Shown: in pieces, positions 1 to 18,299 of the stretch
Position numbering within the stretch: position 1 is the first letter of the stretch
Layout of the letters: each line of letters opens with the position of its first letter
Assembly: GCA_002104945.1 (NCBI GenBank)
Contig: MCFH01000006.1
Coordinates: 868,001 to 932,000 of the forward strand
Origin: Piromyces finnis finn
Lineage: Eukaryota > Fungi > Neocallimastigomycota
Reading direction: 5' to 3'
Length of the DNA stretch: 64,000 nt
The notes under the pieces: generated by a model
What the model saw: the letters and a program-made list of their open reading frames with translations, nothing else
The model's database searches: none
Told to the model about the DNA's origin: nothing
Translations under genes and position numbers: made by a program

Positions 1-334
1 AATAATCTAATATCTATATCATTTTTATTTTTAAATTAAAATTATATTTATTATTATTACAAAAATTCATATAAATTTATATTATATTAAATAACATATA
101 ATATCACATATCTATATTATATTTTTTATTTTTTATTTTTTTTTTTTTCATTTGCTTTATTTTCATAAAAGTAAAATAAATAATCTATATATTATATTGA
201 TATTTTATATTTTTTTAAAAAATATAATAATCTAAATCTAAAACTATTTATTTAAAATATGATGATATTTTTTATTGTTTTTTGTTTGTTTTGATTCATT
301 TTGAATTCTCTTATTATTTAACTAGTTCGTATTT

Positions 335-2347
<2,013 letters not shown>

Positions 2348-2501
2348 TGTCTTTTATAATTCCTACTTAATAATTAAAAATTAAAGAAAAAAAAAACGAA
2401 AATAAAATTTTTAAATTTGACCGAAAATATATATAATGTCAATTAAATTAATAATATATTGTAATATATTTATTTTTATTAAAAATGCATATATAAAAAT
2501 T

Positions 2502-2736
2502 TGTCAGATAAATTTAGTTTACACTTAAATTTATTTATAAAACTATTTGGGTTTTTATAATCTTTTATTTATTTATATTTATTTTATAATATAAATATTG
2601 TAACTTTCTTAAAATCTTTTTATTAAAAAATAACCCAAGAATAAAAATGTAGTACAATATTAATTTATAATTTTATAAAATACAAATACATAAAAAATAC
2701 ATAAAATATTATTTTGTAATGTATTTTATTTTCACA
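2502..2736 (-). repeat. 3' LTR of copia element
   Basis: tgtcagata...ttttcaca, 235 bp; no differences from 8267-8501 seen by eye. Confidence 0.97.
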
Positions 2737-2743
2737 CTCCCCC
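2737..2743 (-). other. Polypurine tract (GGGGGAG on minus strand)
   Basis: Plus strand ctccccc directly abuts the 3' LTR. Confidence 0.85.
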
Positions 2744-2758
2744 AAAGTTATAAATTCA

Positions 2759-5700
2759 TTATTTGTATTTATATAATAAACTATCTCTAAATATTTTCAT
2801 TTTATTTTTATTCAAGTATTTAGTAAAACCATCTGCTAAATTTTCTTCTGATTTTATATATTCTAGACTGATTTTATTTTCTTTAATTAATTCTCTTACT
2901 TTATGGTACTTAATATCAATATGTTTTGACTTTGGATTAATCGTTTCATTATTTGCGTTGTAAATAGTTGCTTGATTATCAATATTGATTTTTAAGCATT
3001 CTTCCTTTATTTTTAATTCACTAAAAATATTTCTATACCACAGAGCTTGCTTTGAGCATTCACAAAGTCCATAATATTCTGCTTCGGCGGTTGAAGTTGA
3101 TACACATTTTTGCAGTTTTGAGTACCAGCTTGTTGGTCCATTTCCCAATAAAAATACAAATCCAGTGGTAGATTTTCTTGTTTCTTCATCTCCCCCATAG
3201 TCTGAATCTACAAAAATCTTCAAATTTAAGTTTCTTTCAAAACGGATTCCATAATGAGGATTTTCTTTCAGATATTTGAATATTTGTAATACATTCTTCC
3301 AATTTTGGATAGTAGGATTTTGTGAGAACCTAGATGCTTTGGTTACTGAAAATAAGATATCTGGACGAGTACCTATGGCTAAATATAAAAGACTTCCTAT
3401 TGCAGCTCTATAAGTAGTAGGGTCAAAAGGCTGATTGAGTTGTTCATCATTCTTGATTGGTGTAGTTGTCTTTGATCCTCTGCAGTTTTCTAAACCAAAT
3501 TTGTGTAATATATCCTTTAAATACCTTTCTTGATGTAACAAATACCCATCTTTTAACGTTTCTACTTTGATTCCTATGATGAAATTTGCATCACCAACAT
3601 CCGTGATAACATATTTCTCTTTAATTAATTTAATAGTTTTATCTATTTCTTCCTTTTTACCAGTTATTAGGATGTCATCAACATATATTCCAACTAAACA
3701 TACTAATTTATTGTTTTTGGTCTTTATAAATATGCATGGTTCGCTAACTAATTTCTGAAATCCTAGTTCAATGAGAGTATTGCTGATGTTGTTATTCCAT
3801 TCTCTTGCTGCTTGTTTTAAGCCATATAATGCTTTATTTAATTTCCATAATCCTTTTTTATACATTTTATCTCCTTCAGGTGCTTTCATATATATATCTT
3901 CCTTTAAATCTGCATACAAATATGCGGCCTTAACATCTAATTGATGGATTTTATAGTTATTAATTGCAGCTATTCCTATTAGGATTCTTAATGAGTCTTG
4001 TTTTAGAGTAGGAGAAAAGGTCTCATTGTAGTCTTCTCCATATTCTTGTGTAAAACCTCTGGCTACAAGTCTAGCTTTGTATTTTTCTATCTCACCAGTG
4101 CTATTCCTTTTTATCTTAAATACCCATCTTGAATCAATAATATTGGCGTCTTCTGGAACTTCATCTATTCTTTTGAACACTTTTCTTTCTTTCATATTTA
4201 GCAATTCGGCTTCTATTGCTTTTATCCACTTATCCTTATCTTTTCTTTTAAATATATCATTATAGGAATTTGGCTCCTTGATTTGTGCTATAGTTAGCGC
4301 CACTTCCTTAATTTTCTTCTTTTCTGGTTCATGTTCATGTGGCTTACTAAATTTTTCTTCTATGACATCTTCACTTGGAACAAGTTTCCGCTTTCTTGGG
4401 AATTTTTCTTCCTTTGGTGGATGATTTTCATTTAATTTAAAATTTTTATTGGATTTTAATTTTCTATTTAGATTTCTCTTATTCAAAAAATTTTGTTTTG
4501 ATAATAACTTTTTCTTATCAAAAAATTTTTTCTTAGATTTATCTTTATTGATTGGATCTTTAATTTCATTTTTATTTTTTAAATTTCTCAAATTATATTC
4601 CTTTTTATTTTGATTATTTAAATTACTTTCTTTTTCATCAGAAATATTTTTAAATTTGGACTTTTCTTCAGGAATATTGATATTTTCTTTATTCAAATTT
4701 CTTCTTATTTCATTCTCATTAATAGGTATGTAATTTTTCTTATAATATTCTTCATTCTTATAATTTACTTTTACATTTGAATAATTATTTTCTATTTCTT
4801 TTCTATTATTTTTATTTATATTATTTTTGACACTCTCAATATTTTCAAAATCAATTTTCTTTCTTGTTCCTAAATCAATGTCAGGACTCAGGATATTTAA
4901 AAAATCATTATTGTCAATTTCTCCAGTTAAATCATTTATCTCCATTTCTGATGGTGTTTTTAATACTTCTTCAATTAATTCATTTTTATTTACAATGTCT
5001 GAATTTTCTTCTATAAAATAAACATTTCCTTTTGCATTCAGGTATTTATTATTCCTTTTATTATCCTTTGATATATTTGAATTGTCTTTACTGTTTATAT
5101 TTTTATTTTTCTTGTCGTCATTTCTCTTTATATTCACTTCTTTAATTTCACAAATTTCAGTTTCGTCAGCACTATTATATTTTAAATTATTATATTTTAA
5201 ATTATTTTCTTCCAAGGTAAAGTTATTTATATTGCCGTCGTTACTTCCTGAAATGTCATTATTGTTTTCTTTTTCTTTATTGGTTTCACTTACAGATTCC
5301 ATTGAAGTACTTATTTTAATTTCTTTATTTTCTTCCATTCCTTCAATTTTCTGGTAATTATTTTTGTTCAAACGTTCTTTTTTCTTTTCTTTTAGTTTAA
5401 TATAGTCTAAGAGATTTAAGTCTTCTTCTTCTGAGTCTTCTATACTCATATTACTATCATTAGTGTCCTCGCAGACTTGCATAAAACTTTCAGAACTATT
5501 ATTTTTTTCTTTATTTAATAGTGACGTGAGCTTATCCAGCTTTTCTTCTATATTTCTAAATTTTTCTTCATAATTTACTTCTTTTAAGTCTTCTTTATTA
5601 CTAGTTTTATCATTGAGTGTTTCTAGGTTTTCATTCATTAATTTATCATTTTCATTTGAAATGTCCTTTTCTTTTTTGTCTTTATTGTTATTGTTTTCAT

Positions 5701-8212
5701 TTTCTTTATCATACATATAATTAAAGTTCCTTACTTGAAAAGTTTCTGTATCTTGACTATATGTTTCATTATTATTTTCTTTTTCTAAATTATAATTGTA
5801 GTCACCAGGTTCTTCTTCTAAAAAACCTACGACTCTTTTCACTTTAATTTTCCTTGATTTTATGTCGAATATTCTGTATCCTACTGAAGATTCATCATAT
5901 CCGATAAAGATTCCCTCCTTAGTTTTGTCTTGAAATTTTGGAATGTTACTGTCATCTAAATAATACACTTTACATCCAAATACTCTTAAATTTTTATAAT
6001 CAACTTTTCTGTTGTACATTAATTCAAATGGTATTTCACCATTAATTCCACTGTGCGGAACTCGATTATGAACATAGTTCGCTGTTTTCACAGCATCTTC
6101 CCAAAAGCGACGACATAACCTTGCGTCCATTAACATTGCAGTAGCAGTTTTTATTAACTTTCCATTGAATCTTTCTGCTCTTCCATTCTGCTCCGGATTT
6201 CCAGGGACGGTGAATTGTTGAGTTATTCCATATTCGTTACATAACTCCTTGAAGTTATTAGAAGTGAATTCAGTTCCATTATCGCTTCTAAGATATTTTA
6301 CTTTGGATGATAATTCATTAGTAGTTTTATTCAGCCAATTTCCAAATTCTTTGAAAACATCACTTTTATTCTTGACAAATATTACCCATCCATATCGACT
6401 GTAATCATCTAAGATACTTAAAAAGTATACGTTGTCATGAATTGATGGTGTGATTGGACCTACCAAATCGATGTGTACTAGTTCCAAAACACTTGATGCT
6501 CTACTATCTGACCTTTTATGAGGGATTTCTTTCATTTTGCTTCTCATGCATATTGTACAATTGTGAATATTGTTCTTTTCATCATTATTGTTGAAATTCA
6601 GATGCCCTATTCTTCTATGCCAGTATTCACCATTGTTTCGTACATTATCGCACATTGAGTAATTATTAACTACATTACCTTCTTTGATGTACAAATTGAA
6701 TACATCATATTCATTTGCTTTAACTTCGTATACATTATCTGTTTTCTTATCTTTTATATATGCAAATACATTATTGTTCTTCTCATCAAAGATTATTTGG
6801 TAGCCACTTTTAACTAACTTGGCAACAGAAATTAAATTTCGTTTTACATCTGGGATGTACATTACATCTTCTAATTTTATTGGTTCTTCATTAATAGATC
6901 CATTTACTTCACCCATATGTGTTGACTTTGTAGTCGCTCCATTTGCATAATTGATTGGTTCTACATGTTCAAAAACATTTTTGAGAATTCCTATATCTTT
7001 GGTAATATGATTAGAAGCACCAGAATCTAAAGTCCATGTAGTAAAACTTGTAGGTACATTTTCACAAGATACGTAATTGCATGATTTATTATTACATTCA
7101 TCATTGTTATTGTCAAATAATGTATTGTAATCAACTGTAAACAAATCTTGATATCCAACTTCTGGTTCAAAGTCTTCAGTGGTTTGTTTATTTACTATTT
7201 CACCTGTTGCTAAAAATGCTTCCTTGCCTTTATTTTTCTCTTTTCTTAGCCTTCTTGTAACTTCTTCTGAAAGTTCTTTTTGAATACGACATTGTTTTAC
7301 AGTATGTCCTTTTTGATGACAAAAATAACATGTAATGTTTTGTTTATTTTTGTTATTCCAATTTCTTTCTTCATTGGACTTTTCTTTTCCTTTATTTGTA
7401 TTTTTATTATGATTATTACTTTGTTTGTTGCGGTAGTATTTAGTACTTTCCTTTCTTTTATCACCTTTGTAACTACCTTCAACACTAAAGATATGTCTAA
7501 TTCCGAAGGTTTCAGATTTCTCTTTCGGATCAAATTTGTTCATCTTATCTATCATTCTTGCTGTGTCCTTTTTGCATTCTTCCCAGTCTTCATGCTTAAG
7601 GACTGTGACTTTCCTATATTTTTCTGGTAAGGCTTGATACAGTAAACCAATTTTTTCTTCATCATCTATTTTCACATTTAGTTGTTCTAACTTATTAAAG
7701 TTGGAATTTAACTTATTTACAAATCTTGAGAAACTTTCTTTCGGGTCGTATTTTAAGGAGTTTGTTTCCTTAATAAGCCTATTCTTTCTTTCTATTTTAT
7801 CCCCTAAATAAATGTCTTCTAATAGTTTCCACATTTCGTAGCTTGTTAAAGACCTATCTTGGATATCTTGTTGGCAGTTTGGGCCTAAAGTATACCTAAT
7901 TAAAAATTGGATATTCCTATCTGTTTTTAAGTCATCTTCGGTTACGTTCTTATCATAGTAGGTATTGATTTCAAAAGGTGCCTTTAGATATTCTTCTCCG
8001 TCGATATCCATTCCTTCGTCACTTTTGATCTTTGGGGTTTTGTTTTCATCAACCCAATCTTCAAGACCATAATAATTTAAAATATTCCTCATAAACATTT
8101 GCCACGTTATGAAATTTTTATTGTTCAATTCATAAGTGACCTTTCCTAGCATAACGGTAGGATCGAATATAGGAATTGATCCAGTATCTCCGTTAGATTT
8201 TCTTTTTGACAT
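2759..8212 (-). CDS. Copia Gag-Pol polyprotein, about 1817 aa; likely start MSKRK at 8212
   Basis: Zn knuckle CYFCHQKGHTVKQC; protease WTLDSGASNH; WHRRIGH...CTIC; integrase HIDLVGP/DDYSR/SDNGTEF/NGRAER; RT KARLVARGF, LYGLKQA, YVDDIL; RNase H DSDYGG, EAEY, DNQA, ADGFTK. Confidence 0.97.
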   Translation of the reverse strand: MSKRKSNGDTGSIPIFDPTVMLGKVTYELNNKNFITWQMFMRNILNYYGLEDWVDENKTPKIKSDEGMDIDGEEYLKAPFEINTYYDKNVTEDDLKTDRNIQFLIRYTLGPNCQQDIQDRSLTSYEMWKLLEDIYLGDKIERKNRLIKETNSLKYDPKESFSRFVNKLNSNFNKLEQLNVKIDDEEKIGLLYQALPEKYRKVTVLKHEDWEECKKDTARMIDKMNKFDPKEKSETFGIRHIFSVEGSYKGDKRKESTKYYRNKQSNNHNKNTNKGKEKSNEERNWNNKNKQNITCYFCHQKGHTVKQCRIQKELSEEVTRRLRKEKNKGKEAFLATGEIVNKQTTEDFEPEVGYQDLFTVDYNTLFDNNNDECNNKSCNYVSCENVPTSFTTWTLDSGASNHITKDIGILKNVFEHVEPINYANGATTKSTHMGEVNGSINEEPIKLEDVMYIPDVKRNLISVAKLVKSGYQIIFDEKNNNVFAYIKDKKTDNVYEVKANEYDVFNLYIKEGNVVNNYSMCDNVRNNGEYWHRRIGHLNFNNNDEKNNIHNCTICMRSKMKEIPHKRSDSRASSVLELVHIDLVGPITPSIHDNVYFLSILDDYSRYGWVIFVKNKSDVFKEFGNWLNKTTNELSSKVKYLRSDNGTEFTSNNFKELCNEYGITQQFTVPGNPEQNGRAERFNGKLIKTATAMLMDARLCRRFWEDAVKTANYVHNRVPHSGINGEIPFELMYNRKVDYKNLRVFGCKVYYLDDSNIPKFQDKTKEGIFIGYDESSVGYRIFDIKSRKIKVKRVVGFLEEEPGDYNYNLEKENNNETYSQDTETFQVRNFNYMYDKENENNNNKDKKEKDISNENDKLMNENLETLNDKTSNKEDLKEVNYEEKFRNIEEKLDKLTSLLNKEKNNSSESFMQVCEDTNDSNMSIEDSEEEDLNLLDYIKLKEKKKERLNKNNYQKIEGMEENKEIKISTSMESVSETNKEKENNNDISGSNDGNINNFTLEENNLKYNNLKYNSADETEICEIKEVNIKRNDDKKNKNINSKDNSNISKDNKRNNKYLNAKGNVYFIEENSDIVNKNELIEEVLKTPSEMEINDLTGEIDNNDFLNILSPDIDLGTRKKIDFENIESVKNNINKNNRKEIENNYSNVKVNYKNEEYYKKNYIPINENEIRRNLNKENINIPEEKSKFKNISDEKESNLNNQNKKEYNLRNLKNKNEIKDPINKDKSKKKFFDKKKLLSKQNFLNKRNLNRKLKSNKNFKLNENHPPKEEKFPRKRKLVPSEDVIEEKFSKPHEHEPEKKKIKEVALTIAQIKEPNSYNDIFKRKDKDKWIKAIEAELLNMKERKVFKRIDEVPEDANIIDSRWVFKIKRNSTGEIEKYKARLVARGFTQEYGEDYNETFSPTLKQDSLRILIGIAAINNYKIHQLDVKAAYLYADLKEDIYMKAPEGDKMYKKGLWKLNKALYGLKQAAREWNNNISNTLIELGFQKLVSEPCIFIKTKNNKLVCLVGIYVDDILITGKKEEIDKTIKLIKEKYVITDVGDANFIIGIKVETLKDGYLLHQERYLKDILHKFGLENCRGSKTTTPIKNDEQLNQPFDPTTYRAAIGSLLYLAIGTRPDILFSVTKASRFSQNPTIQNWKNVLQIFKYLKENPHYGIRFERNLNLKIFVDSDYGGDEETRKSTTGFVFLLGNGPTSWYSKLQKCVSTSTAEAEYYGLCECSKQALWYRNIFSELKIKEECLKINIDNQATIYNANNETINPKSKHIDIKYHKVRELIKENKISLEYIKSEENLADGFTKYLNKNKMKIFRDSLLYKYK

Positions 8213-8245
8213 ATTAAAAAAAAAAAAAAACTTACTTAAATATAA

Positions 8246-8266
8246 GAGCAATTGAGACTCTTAATC
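8246..8266 (-). other. Primer-binding site complementary to an internal (anticodon arm) segment of tRNA-Lys(CUU)
   Basis: Plus strand GAGCAATTGAGACTCTTAATC abuts the 5' LTR. It contains the anticodon loop CT-CTT-AA flanked by GA/TC stem bases. No TGG start. Confidence 0.75.
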
Positions 8267-8501
8267 TGTCAGATAAATTTAGTTTACACTTAAATTTATT
8301 TATAAAACTATTTGGGTTTTTATAATCTTTTATTTATTTATATTTATTTTATAATATAAATATTGTAACTTTCTTAAAATCTTTTTATTAAAAAATAACC
8401 CAAGAATAAAAATGTAGTACAATATTAATTTATAATTTTATAAAATACAAATACATAAAAAATACATAAAATATTATTTTGTAATGTATTTTATTTTCAC
8501 A
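8267..8501 (-). repeat. 5' LTR of copia element
   Basis: Direct repeat of 2502-2736, followed by TSD AAATT. Confidence 0.97.
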
Positions 8502-9847
8502 AAATTTGACCGACAGATTAGTGTTTCTTAACCCTATATTAAAATTTTTAAAAATAAAAAGTTATGGGTTATGTTTTATAAAATATATAAGGGTTAAATT
8601 TTTTTTTTTTTTTTTGTTAGTCTTTTGGTTTAATATTTCTAAAATTTACTCTTTAAAAAACAAAATATTATGTTTTAACTTATAACTTACTAGTATTATT
8701 TAATCGCGTATTACCTTCAATATTTAATTTCTTTAATGTATGAATTATTAATTTATTATCATTAAATTTATTAATAAGGATGATAAATAAAAGAATTAAA
8801 ATGATACAACATATGAAAGTGGACATTTACTTAAAAAAAAAAAAAAAAGATATATTACATAAATATTTAATACCATTTTATTGTTAATTATACATTATTT
8901 TTATCTTTTTTTTTTTTTTTTTTTACTAAAATTTTATATTCTAACCTTTTCTTTTATAAAATAATGAAATAAAAAAAAATTAACAAAAAAATTGCAAATA
9001 GTTACATTACAAAAAACAAAAAGCTCTTCATAGAGGAATCTAAGGATAATTTAATTTTAAACTAATTAATACCATTGTGTTGAATATTTATTAAAATTCT
9101 AATTATCTATCTATCTATTTATTTATCTTTCTCATTTTTTAACTCTAGCAAAATATCAAAAAAAAAAAATAGAAAAAGATATAAAGTAAAATATAGTTAA
9201 TATTTTTCATAGAAGCAATGATTAATTATTTAAACTTTCGCTATTATTGTTCTATTATACTATTATCTTTAAGATCTTTATAATCTTTAAATTTAAAAAA
9301 TAAAAATTATAAAATATATATGTTTTGTTACTTCGGCTTATAATTAATAATATTATAATAAATATTACCTAAATAATTTAAATAATTACTTTCAATAATA
9401 TAATTTCACCCAATTATAATTTTATCTAAAATCCATAACAAATTTACAATTCAAAATTATCTATTATTTTAACACTACAAATTAATTTTTTTTTTTTAAA
9501 AAAATAATAAAATAAAATAAATTAAAATTAACGGACAATTTTTTTATATCTATTTTAAATTTTTTTTTTTATTATTATTATTTTATTATTATTATTATAA
9601 TTTTTCTTATAAAAAATAAATGTTTATATATTAAAATGTAAAAGTGTTTAAAAATACATATTATATTATTAAATGAATAGTAATATTTAGTTTTTTGTTA
9701 AGTTATATTTGTATAGATGAATGTATATTTTAAATGCGATGGTATATTAACAAAAACGATTATAATAAATTTACATTTTATAAAATAAACTTATTATCAT
9801 CTTTTTATCATAATGTTGATAATAATTTAATATATGTTTTAAGATGT

Positions 9848-10246
9848 TTATTCAAGCTTGTCTTCCTTTCCGGATTTTGGGTTCTTCTTTGGTAAAAGAA
9901 CAGAGTGAATGTTTGGTAAAACACCACCTTGGGAAATAGTAACGTCAGATAATAATTTGTTTAATTCTTCATCATTTCTGATAGCTAATTGAAGGTGACG
10001 TGGAATAATACGAGATTTCTTGTTATCACGAGCAGCGTTACCAGCTAATTCAAGAATTTCAGCAGTTAAATATTCAAGAACAGCTGCTAAATAAACTGGA
10101 GCACCAGCACCAATACGTTGGGCGTAGTTACCTTTTCTTAAAAGACGGTGTACACGACCAACTGGGAATTGAAGACCAGCTCTGCTAGATCTAGACTTAG
10201 CTCCAGAAGACATAGAGTTCTTTCCAGCTTTTCCCTTTCCAGCCAT
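9848..10246 (-). CDS. H2A: Histone H2A, canonical type, intronless, 132 aa
   Basis: [80 protein letters not shown]. Confidence 0.98.
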   Translation of the reverse strand: MAGKGKAGKNSMSSGAKSRSSRAGLQFPVGRVHRLLRKGNYAQRIGAGAPVYLAAVLEYLTAEILELAGNAARDNKKSRIIPRHLQLAIRNDEELNKLLSDVTISQGGVLPNIHSVLLPKKNPKSGKEDKLE

Positions 10247-11571
10247 TTTATTTTATATTAATGAATATTATTAAATGATAAATAACGTTTGTAAAGAAAT
10301 GCGTAAATGATTATATTACAAAAATTAAAGTTTTTAATAAAAACTCTTCAACTATAAGATATTTTTCTAATAAAAAGATTGAAGATTCTCAACTGAGGAA
10401 AAATTTAGGTTATTTATACATTTTTAAAAACTTTTATTTTTTAAAATTAAATAATTTAATTTAATTAATTTCCATTTATTACAAATTAATTGCAATATAT
10501 TAATTTTTATATTGATCAATTTTAAAATTTTCAATCCTAAGTTTAAATATTTTTTTAAAATGGGGTGTATTTTATAAAATTTTTTGAATCAGACCCCATT
10601 TTTATAATTATATGAAATTTATCATAATATTATAATGTATACAAATATTGTATACATATAAATATAGAACATAGAGCAGAGCATGATAAAAAAACAAAAA
10701 GTTCAGTTTACCAAAAAGTTTGGTGTAAAAGCTAACTTCTGTAAATAATATATATTTGGAGTAGTAATCTTTTCCCCTATAAATATATAAATATTATTAA
10801 AAATTATTAAAATAAATGTTAATAAATTGAAAAAAAAAATGCTGCTTTAATCGTTTAAAAAATGAAGTAAAAAATGGTGTTAGTTTTAATTTATTATTAT
10901 TTTTGTTATAATTATTATTTAACAATACATTTTATTATCTTATTATTTTTCATTATTATTATTTAAAAATTTCTAAACTTATAAAATATAAAAATTATAT
11001 AATTATGAATATGTTTTTTGTTATATAAATAATTATTTATATTTAATATTAATTATTTAATGGAAATTAAAAAAAAAATAGACAATAAAAATTATTATAG
11101 AAAAAACGTTGTACAGTGAGAAATTTTTTTTTAAAATGTTGAAATGTAAAAAAAATATTATAATTAAAGTTTATAAAAATTTAATATTTTTTATTTACAA
11201 ATACATGAAAATGATAATAATGGAAACATATTATTAATATGCTATATTCATATAAAAATTATTGAAGAATAAATAATATATGAAAAGACAGGAATATTTA
11301 TAATTTGTTTATTTTTTTTATTAATTTTAAAATTTTGTATTTTGGTTTTATTATTATTAAATTATATTATTTATATATTTTTAATTATTTGCATTAATAA
11401 TTATTTTTGTTAAAGATAATGTTTTATATTAAAATATGTATATAGAAAAAGTACAAAAATCTTTTTATTTTTAATAATACATATGTGACATAGTAAATTG
11501 TTTTTTTATATATTATTTTAGATAATAAAAAAATAATATCTAAAAGTAGGTTATTATATATATATAAATTC

Positions 11572-16930
<5,359 letters not shown>

Positions 16931-18299
16931 TTTAATACTGTGATTCAAACTATAGAACAATAATTATTTGTTATTTTTTTTTTTTTTTAATAATTTTTTA
17001 AAAGTTTTATATATTAATTATTTGAATAATACTTTTAAACTTTTAATAATTTATAAATAAAAAATATATTATTTATGATATAATTTAATTAATTATTAAA
17101 AATTATGGATGACACAACAATTAATTTTAAAATAATTATTATTAAAAGGTTATGGTTTATTTATATAAAATATAATATTTAACAATAAAATCATAATAAT
17201 TATTTTATTATTTTATTAATATTATTTTATTATATTTTATTATATTTTATTTTATTTACTATATTGTAAAAAAAGATAAATTAAAATAATAAAGAAGCAA
17301 TAATAAAATAATAAGAATAAATAAAAACTAATAATAACTAAAACATTATCAAAATATTATATATTATATATAAAGGGTTAAGAAATGCATAATAAATTGT
17401 TTTATATTTTTGAAAAATTAGCATTTATAATATTTATATCAACAATAATGAAATTATATAATTAATAAGTAATTAACACTGTTGCATAATATTATTTAAT
17501 AATACTTATATAGAAAGAATAACAATTATTCTTGAAATTTTATTAATATTTAATATCATATTACATATAATTGAAAAAAATCATAATAAATAATAATAAT
17601 GAAAAATTACAGTTAAAGAAAGAATTAAAATTATTTACAGCATCAATTAGTTAAATGTTTAATAAATTTCTTATTTTATCATTATTTAATAGTCAAATAT
17701 TATGAAATATATATTAATATCTATTATTTTACTTTTTTTGTAAAGTTGATTTAATAATTTATATTATTAATTTGAGTTTATTAAATTGAAATAAACAAAG
17801 TTTAAATATATAATTGAATATTTAAATATTTAAAAAATATTTTCTAAAAAATTAAGCAATATTGTTAAAAAAATAATGAAAGCAATATGTATTTTCCATT
17901 TAAATATTAAGAATGCTTCATATCCATCATTTTTCAAGTCTCCATAATAATAATAATAATATATTTATATTTGTGTGTTTATAATGTTAATAAATGTAAT
18001 TTATAATGATATTTTTTGGATTATTAATAATAAGAATAATAATATGTTACACAGATATCTTAATGAGGTATATAATTATGCAGAAATATCATTTTTTTAA
18101 TAAAATATGAAAATTTTAAATTGCCTCCTTTCTTTTTATTATTATCATATTTTAATAGTATACTATTAATTAATTTTTTTTATTTTAATATTTTAAATAT
18201 AAAGTGAATTTCTTTTTAATATAGTAATATAGCATTCTATATTTTATTTTTTTATAGCTAATTATAAATATAAATATAAATATAATATATATAACATAA

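Larger units (their letters stand above)
2502..8501 (-). mobile_element. Full-length intact Ty1/copia LTR retrotransposon (6.0 kb)
   Basis: Two 235-bp TG...CA LTRs; 5-bp TSD AAATT (2497-2501 and 8502-8506); one uninterrupted polyprotein in copia order GAG-PR-IN-RT-RH; PPT and PBS abut the LTRs. Confidence 0.98.

Noticed and set aside
4313-5830. Possible env-like or captured domain in the copia spacer
   Set aside because: Hydrophilic low-complexity sequence with no TM segment or signal peptide, in frame between IN and RT.
2763-7630. Small antisense or alternate-frame ORFs within the copia element
   Set aside because: Shadow ORFs of the long polyprotein with no recognisable motifs.
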